Under the pieces are notes generated by a model. The model was not told the DNA's origin, made no database searches, and worked only from the letters and a program-made list of their open reading frames with translations. A stretch of 64,000 nt of DNA from Candidatus Termititenax aidoneus. GTDB lineage: Bacteria; Margulisbacteria; Termititenacia; Termititenacales; Termititenacaceae. Positions 18,672 through 27,573 of the stretch are shown one piece after another. The position numbers and the translations under genes were made by a program. Each line of letters opens with the position of its first letter. Position 1 is the first letter of the stretch. Location of the stretch: positions 25,484-89,483 of the forward strand of contig BGZN01000003.1 of assembly GCA_003864455.1 (NCBI GenBank), written 5' to 3'.

Positions 18672-19358
18672 TCAATTCAACAAACCCTTAATTTTTTTCT
18701 GTGCCGTACCTGCACTTCTAATAAAATAATTTGTATCGCTTTTCATTTTGTTTTTTAGTTCTGCTAAATTTTCTTTCTCTGCTCCTCGGCTTAATCCGCA
18801 TTGTGCCAGTAAGTAACTTGCCGTAAGTGTGTTTGTCAGATTGTCATTTGTTTGTGGTTCTAAATTTTTTGCCAGAAAAACAATCGCTTTTCTAAAATAC
18901 TCCTCGGTATCAAGTCTGTTATCACGGGGCAGTTCTTTATCGGTTTTTTCAGAGCCTTTTTGTAACAGGTTATCAGTTTCATAGAGTTTATCGGGATAGA
19001 TATAATCGTCTTGCAAACCGGCAAAGTCAGCGTAGATCGATGTGTTGCACAAAGGGAATGAATGATAATAAGCCAGCCTGCCACCGGAGTTACAATTACG
19101 GAAGTAGGTCAGCAAAGCCCCTGTACTGCCTGTCATTATTTTACCGCCCATCTCTTTGATTTGCATGTAAGAGCCAAAGAATACATTGTTTTTTATGTTG
19201 TGCTGTCGGCAGTAGATACTCAATAAGGCTTGGTTTAATACGCTGTAATTCTGTTCACTGGCCATATTGCGGTATAGAAATCCTTGATTGAGAAAATCCA
19301 AACCGTTATTTTCTACATATCCTAAAACATAGTCATTTATAATATTTTCAACACGCAT
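18672..19358 (-). CDS. ArdC-N-like (ssDNA-binding, DUF1738-like) protein
   Basis: Architecture and motifs resemble the N-terminal domain of the neighbouring ArdC-like protein (…YRNMASEQNYSVLNQALL…FFGSYMQIKEMGGKI). A weak call. Confidence 0.4.
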   Translation of the reverse strand: MRVENIINDYVLGYVENNGLDFLNQGFLYRNMASEQNYSVLNQALLSIYCRQHNIKNNVFFGSYMQIKEMGGKIMTGSTGALLTYFRNCNSGGRLAYYHSFPLCNTSIYADFAGLQDDYIYPDKLYETDNLLQKGSEKTDKELPRDNRLDTEEYFRKAIVFLAKNLEPQTNDNLTNTLTASYLLAQCGLSRGAEKENLAELKNKMKSDTNYFIRSAGTAQKKIKGLLN

Positions 19359-19596
19359 AAGATTACCCCTTTTTATTTGATGTAAAAGTTTCGTAACAAA
19401 ACTATTGAAAAATTAGCCCTCGCTTAAAGACACCACCCACCTTATTTTTGAATACGGTTTTTTCTAAAATGTGGAGCGTTATTTTTAAGAAAGGACTAAT
19501 TATTTATTCACTAAGATTTAGCGTTTGATTTTTTCTTGTAAGATTTTCCGCAGAAAATCCATCTCTTTTTGGCTTAGATTAGACTTGAGCAATAAT

Positions 19597-20484
19597 CTAT
19601 CTTTGTTCATGGCACACTTCCTTTCCTGCACCCTCATTTAGCTTTCGTCCAAAAATATAATCTGCCGCCTTGCTTGCCTTACTGCTAGCAGACACAAGGG
19701 CTTCTTTTTGATTTTTTAGAAAGTTAGCCCAGTTATTGATATAGGCTTGTGTATTGGTTTTGTTTATAGGCAAGCCTAACTCTTGCATAATAAAACTGCT
19801 AGCCATTTCCGCTATCAATTCCTCTTGGCTGTATGAATTTCTATCTTTATTAAGGCTTTCCAGAGGTCTATTTAATCTTTTTGCATTTCCCGTCCAGTGA
19901 GACAATTCGTGAAAAGTAACACCGTAGTATTCGTTAGTGTTTATAAATGTTTCGGGTTTTTGTATATAAATAGTGTCCTCACTTGGTATATAGTAATTGC
20001 CGGAAACAGATACAATAAGATTAGGGTTGTTTGCTTTTATAACTCCCTCGGCTTTTTCGATAGGGTTAAAATTATTGTGCTGTTTTTCGGGTAACTTCAT
20101 ATTGGTTTGCTCTATGTTAAAAACATTGTAATAGCGTAATATGGGTATCTCTTTTACTTCTTTTAGACCGTTTTTATTTGTTACTTCTTTTTCCGTGATT
20201 GTCCAGTAGATAACCGGCACGGATTTTTCACCGCAATTTACGCTACCGCCTGCGTTTTTAATCTGTAAGAAAGTACCCCAGATATTATGTTTATAGCTTT
20301 TTTTGTTAGCGATATAAGTTAAATATAAATAATTTATACCTCTATAAGTTTTATTAGATTGTAGATTTTTAGGCAGCTCCGCAGCACAGGGGTTTTGCCA
20401 CGGTATAACACCTAACTCCAATCCTTTAATCAGTTCCTCTACTATTGCCTGTTGCTTCTCTTGTGCGATTGTCATGGTCAGCAC
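19597..20484 (-). CDS. ArdC-like antirestriction protein (ssDNA-binding N-domain + zincin-like metalloprotease C-domain)
   Basis: N-terminal …IPWQNP…YRGINYLYL…TFLQIKNAGGSV. C-terminal HExxH zincin motif FHELSHWTGN. Confidence 0.7.
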   Translation of the reverse strand: MLTMTIAQEKQQAIVEELIKGLELGVIPWQNPCAAELPKNLQSNKTYRGINYLYLTYIANKKSYKHNIWGTFLQIKNAGGSVNCGEKSVPVIYWTITEKEVTNKNGLKEVKEIPILRYYNVFNIEQTNMKLPEKQHNNFNPIEKAEGVIKANNPNLIVSVSGNYYIPSEDTIYIQKPETFINTNEYYGVTFHELSHWTGNAKRLNRPLESLNKDRNSYSQEELIAEMASSFIMQELGLPINKTNTQAYINNWANFLKNQKEALVSASSKASKAADYIFGRKLNEGAGKEVCHEQR

Positions 20485-20586
20485 CGCCTTTCATTGGTTA
20501 GTTATCTGCCAACGACAGAGGACAACTCCGAAGTGCGGTGCAAATATTGAAAGGCGGTTATTGAAGACTATGCGGAAGTTTAGTAA

Positions 20587-20826
20587 CTAAAGATTAGCGG
20601 TGTGGTTACTTTCATCTTTAATATTTATATTATAAGTATGATGGTCTTTAGTTTTTACGGTTACTCGCCATAATGTTGCGTCTTTTAATTTCTTTCGCCA
20701 CCAGATTTTTTCAACAATTTCTTTGTTTCCGACAGTTTCAACTATCAGATTTTCTATGTTGTTTCGTAACTTTATGTTTGTTAATTCATTGTCTATATCT
20801 ATTATTTTTCCCATTTCACCAGCCAT
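20587..20826 (-). CDS. Hypothetical protein, 79 aa
   Basis: ORF with an upstream RBS inside the AT-rich element. No recognised domain. Confidence 0.4.
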   Translation of the reverse strand: MAGEMGKIIDIDNELTNIKLRNNIENLIVETVGNKEIVEKIWWRKKLKDATLWRVTVKTKDHHTYNINIKDESNHTANL

Positions 20827-20870
20827 ATATACGCTCCTAAAATATTTTTACCTTCTTTAGAGACTAAAGA

Positions 20871-21293
20871 TTAGTTATTTATTTTTTTTGTTTCTCTGAC
20901 TTTTTCTAATTTTCTTTTAGCGGCATACGCTTGCTTCAAAAATGAGACCGCTTCTTTGTTGGTCGGCTCTAGTTTGACTACTTCCGTAAAATCTTTTATT
21001 GCCTTATCAAAGTTTTTTGTTTGAGCATACGCACACCCTCGAAAGAGATAAGCCGGTGCAACGCTTTTGCCGAATTTAATCGCCTTAGTAAAATCCGCTA
21101 TGGCCTTGCTCCAATTCTTTAGCTCAAAATAAGCAAGCCCACGGCCAAAATATGCCGTTGAGTGATCCGGCTTTAATTTAATGTATTCAGAAAAACTTTC
21201 GATTGCCTTATCCCAGTTTTCTTTTTCAAGGTACATCTTCCCGGTACTTAGGTACGCTTTTTTAGCTTGCCCTTTTGTCGATTTTTTAATCAT
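20871..21293 (-). CDS. TPR-repeat protein, 140 aa
   Basis: Three TPR-like units (W-LG-Y-A-F-P pattern: AYFGRGLAYFELKNWSKAIADFTKAIKF…). Confidence 0.6.
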   Translation of the reverse strand: MIKKSTKGQAKKAYLSTGKMYLEKENWDKAIESFSEYIKLKPDHSTAYFGRGLAYFELKNWSKAIADFTKAIKFGKSVAPAYLFRGCAYAQTKNFDKAIKDFTEVVKLEPTNKEAVSFLKQAYAAKRKLEKVRETKKINN

Positions 21294-21697
21294 CGATATG
21301 CTTCAGGGTCATATCGTATTGGCTCAGTTTCAAAACCTTTAATGATTTCCATTTGCATATTCTCATTTATTTTTACAAGTCCCCATTTACCATTTTTCAT
21401 TAAGGAAAATTTTCCGGTTGTTTGGTATTCACTAAACCAAATGTTATCATACTCAAAATTAACAATAATTTTTCCTTGTTTACTGATAACTCCCCACTTA
21501 CCGTTATATATTGCAGGAAATAAACCATTGTGATACTCATAAATTCTGACTTTGTCAAAAATACGTTCGCTAATTTGCTTTCCATATTCATCAAAAACTT
21601 TCCATTTAGTACTACTTATTCCCACGGCAGTTAGCCCTTTGTATTCTTGAATTTGAGTTCCCTTATCGTACCTTATATTGAATTTTTCACTACTCAT
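21290..21697 (-). CDS. WG-repeat protein, 135 aa
   Basis: Repeated (N/K)GKWG(V/L)(I/V) motifs (YNGKWGVISKQGKIIV; KNGKWGLVKINEN). Confidence 0.6.
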   Translation of the reverse strand: MSSEKFNIRYDKGTQIQEYKGLTAVGISSTKWKVFDEYGKQISERIFDKVRIYEYHNGLFPAIYNGKWGVISKQGKIIVNFEYDNIWFSEYQTTGKFSLMKNGKWGLVKINENMQMEIIKGFETEPIRYDPEAYR

Positions 21698-21720
21698 ACT
21701 TCACTTCTCCCATAATTTCT

Positions 21721-21948
21721 TTAAAGATTGTCCAAATTCTCAATTTCAATTTTGCCTTTGTGTATAGCTTTATGGCATGGCTGACATACGGAAACAATAT
21801 TGTTTGGATGGGATAGGCCGCCTAAGCCACGAGGAATATAATGATGCCCTGCACAGTTACCTTGTCCGCAAATTTCACATTTGTTTCCGGCTAATATTCT
21901 GCCTTCTCTTTGTGCTTTTATATCAATATAAGTTCTTTTTTTTGACAT
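21721..21948 (-). CDS. HNH endonuclease, 75 aa
   Basis: CEICGQGNCAGHHYIPRGLGGLSHPNNIVSVCQPCHKAIH is a classic HNH (CxxC…HH…N…CxxCH). Confidence 0.7.
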   Translation of the reverse strand: MSKKRTYIDIKAQREGRILAGNKCEICGQGNCAGHHYIPRGLGGLSHPNNIVSVCQPCHKAIHKGKIEIENLDNL

Positions 21949-21966
21949 AAATACTCTTGCACCTAA

Positions 21967-22188
21967 TCAAAATGAAGATAACGTCACATCGTCATTAGTA
22001 ATTTCTACCTCTCTATCGCCATAAGTAATAATACATTCAGTATCGTCAATGCTTACCATTCCATCCTTTTCAAAAATTATTTTAAAAATTTCCACCTTGC
22101 CGTTGGAATGTTTAACGACAATTTTATCATCATAGACATTGAGAACCTCATCACCTTTCTTTAATATTTCCAAGGATATTTTTTTCAT
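21967..22188 (-). CDS. Hypothetical protein, 73 aa
   Basis: ORF in the element's minus-strand gene string. No recognised domain. Confidence 0.35.
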   Translation of the reverse strand: MKKISLEILKKGDEVLNVYDDKIVVKHSNGKVEIFKIIFEKDGMVSIDDTECIITYGDREVEITNDDVTLSSF

Positions 22189-22206
22189 GTTGTCTCCTTT
22201 AAGTTA

Positions 22207-22419
22207 TTATTTCCCTTGCCCTGGCAAGAGATTGCGAAAAATCTGTTCGATTACTTTGCCGCCATACACACCTGTTCTGACTCTCATATCGGATTTGTGT
22301 GTTTTTTTATAGTCTTTTAGTACTTTTTTGACTTTTGGCATCACACGCTTAACATCTTTTGTTTTACCCATTATATTAACTGTGGCCGCACTTACCTCAT
22401 CATTGCTCATACAACTCAT
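22207..22419 (-). CDS. Hypothetical basic protein, 70 aa
   Basis: ORF in the element. Lys-rich. No recognised domain. Confidence 0.35.
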   Translation of the reverse strand: MSCMSNDEVSAATVNIMGKTKDVKRVMPKVKKVLKDYKKTHKSDMRVRTGVYGGKVIEQIFRNLLPGQGK

Positions 22420-22581
22420 CCTCTCTTTATGTTGTTTTAGTCAACAGCTCTGCCAGTTAAACTACAAACTCAAAACCATTATCGTTTTATACAGTTTAGT
22501 TAGAATTATACATTTGTATAGCAATAAAAACAATATCCATTCAAAGATAAAATTAAATGTCTCTTATTTAAGGAGGCATTT

Positions 22582-22971
22582 ATGGAAAATAAAACCACAG
22601 TAGAAAAAAGGTTAAAAACGCTGATCTCAACCAAGCTTCAAGAAATCAGAGAAGCGGCAGGCGGTCAATCGCTTGAGAAAATGGCCGAACAATTAAATCT
22701 AAATTATACTGTCCTGTTTCATATTTATTCGGGCAAATATTTGCCCAGATTGACAACCCTTACCCAAATTTTAGATTTTTACAATCTGCCGATAGAGATA
22801 TTTTTCAAAGATTTAACAAACAAAGATAAGGCCACACTTGCCAAAAATGCAAGTCATGCCACGCTAATTAGCGATTTTGATAAACTCGACAAACCAATGC
22901 AGGCCTCTATCCTAAAAATAGTCCGCAAATTAAATCTAAAAGAGAAAAAGCACAGGTATAGCGGTAAATAA
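22582..22971 (+). CDS. XRE-family HTH regulator of the element
   Basis: HTH-like LQEIREAAGGQSLEKMAEQLNLNYTVLFHIYSGKYLP. RBS aaggagg. It is the only plus-strand gene in the element's interior. Confidence 0.6.
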   Translation: MENKTTVEKRLKTLISTKLQEIREAAGGQSLEKMAEQLNLNYTVLFHIYSGKYLPRLTTLTQILDFYNLPIEIFFKDLTNKDKATLAKNASHATLISDFDKLDKPMQASILKIVRKLNLKEKKHRYSGK

Positions 22972-23047
22972 TTCTAAAAAATCTGTAACGGTTAAGTATT
23001 AAAGTCGAAACAGCATAAGTTTAGTGACTAAAGATTAGCCGTTTTTT

Positions 23048-24004
23048 CTATTTCTTTGACTTTCTTTTTTCGGCTTTTGCCTGTTCTAAATATTCATGTG
23101 CCTGTTTGTTATTGGGATTTAGCTCCACTGTTTTAGCAAAATCTTCAATGGCTTTGTCAAAATCGCCTTTACTGGCATACGCACAACCCCGATAAAAATG
23201 TGCCTCATCATAATCCGGTTCTAAGTTTATTGCCTTTGTATAACTTCTTATTGCCTTAATCCAATCACCTTTTTGAAAATAAGCATATCCTCGATATGAA
23301 TATGCTTGGATAGCAAGTCCTTGTCTCTCACGACTAGGATCAGATTTAATTGCCTCGGTATAATCCTCTATGGCCTTATCCCAATTTTCCTGAGCAGCAT
23401 AGGCACGTCCTCTATGCAGATATGTCAATTCATCTCCCGAATATAATTCAAGTGCCTTGTCGTAGTCTTTAATAGCCTTGTCAATATTTCCCTTTTCAAA
23501 ATACGCAATACCTCGATTGCAATAAACCATGTAATCATCATGCGTATAATTTTTATTCATTTTAATTCTTTTAGTGTAATCCTTTATGGCGTTATCATAA
23601 TCTTCCATATCACTATACGCATTTCCTCGCATGAGATATGCAATTTCGTCATTGCTGTCTAGTTTTGTTGCTTTGGTATAGTCCTCTATGGCTTGATTAA
23701 GGTTGCCTTTTTTGGCATATGCTACGCCTCTATTACAATATGCTATTCCATAATTTTTATCCAGCTTAATTGCTTCTGTATAACTTTTAATCGCATTGTC
23801 CCAATCATTTTCTTCACTATAAGCACACCCTTTATTATAAAACTCTACCGCTTGTTCGTCAGTCGATATACTCCTATCCTTAATGCCTAGTCTTTTTTTG
23901 AGATTCTTATAATACCTTTCTGGATTTTCGCAATAATCCCTATAATTAGGATCATCAAATTCTTTGTATTTATCTATAATTTCTTTTAATTCCGATTCGC
24001 TCAT
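23048..24004 (-). CDS. TPR-repeat protein (about 8 TPR units), ~318 aa
   Basis: Repeated AYxxRGxAYxxxGxxDKAIxDYTxAIKL units. Start chosen at MSESELKE (24004) rather than the ORF-track 24064. Confidence 0.65.
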   Translation of the reverse strand: MSESELKEIIDKYKEFDDPNYRDYCENPERYYKNLKKRLGIKDRSISTDEQAVEFYNKGCAYSEENDWDNAIKSYTEAIKLDKNYGIAYCNRGVAYAKKGNLNQAIEDYTKATKLDSNDEIAYLMRGNAYSDMEDYDNAIKDYTKRIKMNKNYTHDDYMVYCNRGIAYFEKGNIDKAIKDYDKALELYSGDELTYLHRGRAYAAQENWDKAIEDYTEAIKSDPSRERQGLAIQAYSYRGYAYFQKGDWIKAIRSYTKAINLEPDYDEAHFYRGCAYASKGDFDKAIEDFAKTVELNPNNKQAHEYLEQAKAEKRKSKK

Positions 24005-24005
24005 A

Positions 24006-24431
24006 TTAGTTATTCCCCTTAGGTTTACGCTGCCAAAAAGCAAGCCGAGGCAAAAACAGTACAAATCTAAGCAACCAAGATTCTGGCCAAGGATAATTAG
24101 AAAATGGCTTTTTGTTTTTTATTCTTTTTTCTTCATCGTCTTGGCTATATATTTTGGTAATGGACAGAAAAAACATATTAGGAGTAAGTTTTCTTATTAA
24201 CCCATTAGAGGCAGAAACTGCACCGCAACAGAAATCAAGGAACGGTTTTTTATCTGCTGCGTCTAATTCTTTAGTGGATAATATCAGCCAACCTTGAATC
24301 TTTAATATTGTGCCTGCTTGATGCATAGAATCTGCATCTGTTTTTTGCGGTGTATATGTAATGTCAGACAAGCTGTCCCTTATTTGTCCCTCATCTAATA
24401 ACTCCGACCCAGTTTTTTTATTTTTCGCCAT
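24006..24431 (-). CDS. Hypothetical protein, 141 aa
   Basis: ORF in the element. No recognised domain. Confidence 0.35.
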   Translation of the reverse strand: MAKNKKTGSELLDEGQIRDSLSDITYTPQKTDADSMHQAGTILKIQGWLILSTKELDAADKKPFLDFCCGAVSASNGLIRKLTPNMFFLSITKIYSQDDEEKRIKNKKPFSNYPWPESWLLRFVLFLPRLAFWQRKPKGNN

Positions 24432-24661
24432 ATATGCTCCTAAAAATTAAGTATATCATATCCTATTGCTTAACAATAATATATATTATTTGTTCTGCAA
24501 TAAACTAAAATGCCAGTATCAAAATCAGGCAAAATTTTGTGTTTGGACTGCTAAAATATTTATGACAAATTACCATACGGAATTTCGTCACGAAACTTTA
24601 TTATTCAAGGCAGACTCATTGTATATTCTTTGATAATAGTTACCCCCATTTACAGATTATT

Positions 24662-25294
24662 TTAGTTAAACCAGTCTAATTCTGTTTTGCCTTTGTAACC
24701 CTTTTCCCAGATAAACCATGCGTAACAAATGGTGCTATTGGTAGGGAAAGTAACAAAATCACCATTTCTGGCACAATTCAGACGTGAGCTTGAGACCCAG
24801 ATTTTCTTGGGCGGATTTTCAGTAAAAATCTTTTTGCGTGTTTTGCTTTCCAGATACCTAATGGGCAAAAACAACGCTAGCTTGCGGTTACAATCAAGAA
24901 TTTCTAAGGCTTTCTTCATAAATTCATTAGCATATTTATACGGTGGATTGGTAATAATATCGCCATGCCATTTCGATATGTAATCCTGTTTGTCTGTAGG
25001 ACTTGCTAAAAAATCATAATGCTTGCCGTACCCGTAATTATATTTATCAGTAGCCAACTTTAGTATGCCCTGCTTTTTTAACACTTTCGCCATGTGTCCT
25101 TGACCACAGGCACATTCCCATACGTCAGAGAAGTTATCTAGTTCTAAAAGTAATTCGGTTGCCTTTGGCTCTGTGGCGTAAAAGTCATGCATCTCACGGT
25201 CATGCAAGGCAAGATTCCGTGAGCCAATGCTCATATGTACGCTGTGTTTATTGCCTGTCCAATCTTTTGGCTTTTGATTTTTCTTGCCAGTCAT
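24662..25294 (-). CDS. Orphan N6-adenine DNA methyltransferase, 210 aa
   Basis: SAM-binding motif I (DVWECACGQGHM) followed by the catalytic motif IV DIITNPPY. No adjacent restriction endonuclease gene. Confidence 0.75.
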   Translation of the reverse strand: MTGKKNQKPKDWTGNKHSVHMSIGSRNLALHDREMHDFYATEPKATELLLELDNFSDVWECACGQGHMAKVLKKQGILKLATDKYNYGYGKHYDFLASPTDKQDYISKWHGDIITNPPYKYANEFMKKALEILDCNRKLALFLPIRYLESKTRKKIFTENPPKKIWVSSSRLNCARNGDFVTFPTNSTICYAWFIWEKGYKGKTELDWFN

Positions 25295-25335
25295 CTATAC
25301 TTAATAAAAGTTTCGCAACTAAACTTCTTTATTAT

Positions 25336-26574
25336 TCAAGGCGGCCTAATGGCATACTCTTTGAGGTCAACCCCTATCATAGAGCTTGTATAATCTATCC
25401 AGTCTATCAATCCGGCAAAAGCAGACATAACAATTTCATATTTATTTATCAACTCATGCCTGAGTTTTGTATAAAGATTATCAGGCAAAAAATCGGCTAC
25501 TTTATTAAACAGGGCATATATGCGTTTTCTTTCCCTGCACTTAGCCGAAGTGTCATTTTTATCGGAAAACCTATCATTAAGATACTGACTTATATTTAGT
25601 GTGTTAATATCTAAAAGCAAGTTTATTTCTTTCCATGATAAATGTTTACTTAACCAATCCCAAGTAAAAGTATTATTCCACAGACTAGGGTAGGGTTTGG
25701 CCTTGACTGGCAAAAAGTCTTTTAATTCTTTAGTGTAAACTTTCGTAAATAAACTTTGTAAGTTCCGTTTGGAGAATAAACTTTCTGCTGTAAACTTTGA
25801 GCCGTGAATTTTGCCAAAACTCTTTATCCGTTTACTGCCTTTGATTCTCAACTCTGCCCTTAATAGATTTATATCGCCAATATCAAAGTCCTGTTTTTCT
25901 CTTAATTCTTTGGCTTTATCATAAACACATAACAAATAACCCCCTTTTTTACTTCTAATATATAAAGAGCCTTTGAAATACCGGATTTGATTAGCATGAT
26001 GTTTTAAGTTTTCCTCAAAGAATACATAATAATCAGGCGGTCGGTTAGGAAGCTCTACATTAAGGGCTATATCTATTCTTGATATTTTTATATCGCTTAA
26101 ATCGACAACAACCCCGTTCTCTGCTAGAAAATCCTTAAACATTTCCCAAAATTTCCGGTATTGCTCATTAGTAGGCAGGGCTATATTATTACTGTTAAAA
26201 CATTTAGGGATATTTACAGTAATAAAAAGATTGCCGCTCCCTTGGCTTAAATTAAAGTGTCCGTCATTAAGCCAAAAATCCTTACACCGCAAAAAACCAG
26301 TACGCCCATCGTCATATAAAAGAGGGATAACATTATTTTTATCTGCCGTATTGCATTTATACTTTGTTAAGCAGGACTGTTTGATCCTGTACTTCTCGTG
26401 CGGCAGATAAAAAACTACGCTATCTGTGCCTACTACATAATCAAGGTTGGCTAAATTTATAAAGTTAGACTGTTGCCAGGCAAGGTTATCAAGATCAGTA
26501 AACATAATAAAATCATCATCAAATAAATCTGCAATCAAAGTCGCCTTATTATTAGCCAACACTGCTATCCTCAA
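25336..26574 (-). CDS. Rep_trans-like rolling-circle replication initiator / relaxase-like nickase, 412 aa
   Basis: Size and motifs (…LLCVYDKAKELREK… candidate catalytic Tyr in a YDK context) resemble the Rep_trans family found on ICE/IME and RCR plasmids. A moderate call. Confidence 0.45.
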   Translation of the reverse strand: MRIAVLANNKATLIADLFDDDFIMFTDLDNLAWQQSNFINLANLDYVVGTDSVVFYLPHEKYRIKQSCLTKYKCNTADKNNVIPLLYDDGRTGFLRCKDFWLNDGHFNLSQGSGNLFITVNIPKCFNSNNIALPTNEQYRKFWEMFKDFLAENGVVVDLSDIKISRIDIALNVELPNRPPDYYVFFEENLKHHANQIRYFKGSLYIRSKKGGYLLCVYDKAKELREKQDFDIGDINLLRAELRIKGSKRIKSFGKIHGSKFTAESLFSKRNLQSLFTKVYTKELKDFLPVKAKPYPSLWNNTFTWDWLSKHLSWKEINLLLDINTLNISQYLNDRFSDKNDTSAKCRERKRIYALFNKVADFLPDNLYTKLRHELINKYEIVMSAFAGLIDWIDYTSSMIGVDLKEYAIRPP

Positions 26575-26611
26575 TTTTCTTTTATAAATTGTCTGTTATG
26601 CGTTCTTGCCG

Positions 26612-26761
26612 TCATTGTTTTTTGTCCTCATTATTATTTGCCATACTTAATCTCATAGCCCGTCTGCGTTTGGCTTCTTTTATTACATTGCGAGCAATAA
26701 TTTCATTTACGGCCGCTGTCCTTTCCTCTAGGGTTGCATTCATTATCCTTAATAGAAACAT
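26612..26761 (-). CDS. Small basic protein, 49 aa (MFLLRIMNATLEERTAAVNEIIARNVIKEAKRRRAMRLSMANNNEDKKQ); candidate RHH/Xis-like regulator; below the ORF-track cutoff
   Basis: RBS GGGAGGTG 8 nt before the ATG. Immediately upstream of the Rep_trans-like gene, and divergent from the XRE gene across a palindromic operator. Confidence 0.4.
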   Translation of the reverse strand: MFLLRIMNATLEERTAAVNEIIARNVIKEAKRRRAMRLSMANNNEDKKQ

Positions 26762-26782
26762 TACAGAATCACCTCCCGTATT

Positions 26783-26812
26783 AAGCGTATGCTAGAATTA
26801 TAGCATACGCTT
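26783..26812. promoter_or_regulatory. Perfect 12-bp inverted repeat AAGCGTATGCTA-gaatta-TAGCATACGCTT in the divergent promoter region
   Basis: Read directly. Lies between the small RHH-like gene (minus) and the XRE-family gene (plus). Confidence 0.6.
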
Positions 26813-26838
26813 GAAAAAGGTCAACGGCTAGTATATAA

Positions 26839-27420
26839 TTGTGTTCTATGGCGATAAAACAGATAAACCCCGAACAGGCTCAACATTTGAAAAACCTGTT
26901 AAAACAAAAACAGATTAGCCTTGAAAAAATGGGTAAGGCTTTAGGTGTTAGCTTTCAGCTTGTTCATCAATACACTACAGGCCGGTGCAATCCATCGCCA
27001 GAAACAATGGCGGAAATGGCAAAGGTCTTAAGTGTTCCTCTTTGTTATATGTATATTGATTGCACGCAAAAAGCCTTAGAAGTTATTAGCAATTATTTTC
27101 AACAGCATGGCTTTTTCGTCAAAAAAGAGGTAGCAAAAACCTATTCTTGCGACCTGCTTTGCTTAAGCCCCATGCAAAACATTATCATAGCGGCAAATGT
27201 TAAAAAAACTTCGACAAAGAAATTTTCGGACTCAGCATTAAATATTGATTTTATAGAGCAATCTCTTAGAAAGACATACAATATAAAAAACTGTGTTTTT
27301 CTAAAGGTTGAAATAACTCCCGAAAAAGTACACATTAACTATGATAAGAAGTTAGAACATTTGCCCAGTTTACCAAAGTTACTTAAAGCTCTCGACAGTT
27401 TGTCGATTGTCTGGCCTTAG
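26839..27420 (+). CDS. XRE-family HTH regulator with a C-terminal extension, 193 aa
   Basis: HTH-like LKQKQISLEKMGKALGVSFQLVHQYTTGRCNPSPETMAEMAKVL. Confidence 0.55.
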   Translation: MCSMAIKQINPEQAQHLKNLLKQKQISLEKMGKALGVSFQLVHQYTTGRCNPSPETMAEMAKVLSVPLCYMYIDCTQKALEVISNYFQQHGFFVKKEVAKTYSCDLLCLSPMQNIIIAANVKKTSTKKFSDSALNIDFIEQSLRKTYNIKNCVFLKVEITPEKVHINYDKKLEHLPSLPKLLKALDSLSIVWP

Positions 27421-27573
27421 ATTTCTAACTACTAATTTTTTTCTATGACCATAAGCCCACATATTATAATGTTTAATACACAACCCTTTTCCGTGGTGCG
27501 GCTCATTACAACCTAATATAGTACAAGTCTTAATATATGGGTTTGGGAATAGGCCTACCCAAATAACGCTCAT
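27379..27573 (-). CDS. Cys/His-rich small ORF, 64 aa, at the right end of the element; in frame with the recombinase across the inferred attP
   Basis: CTILGCNEPHHGKGLCIKHY motif. The minus-strand frame is open from the element boundary (27618) to this ATG and matches the recombinase frame relative to the 10-bp core. Confidence 0.4.
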   Translation of the reverse strand: MSVIWVGLFPNPYIKTCTILGCNEPHHGKGLCIKHYNMWAYGHRKKLVVRNLRPDNRQTVESFK

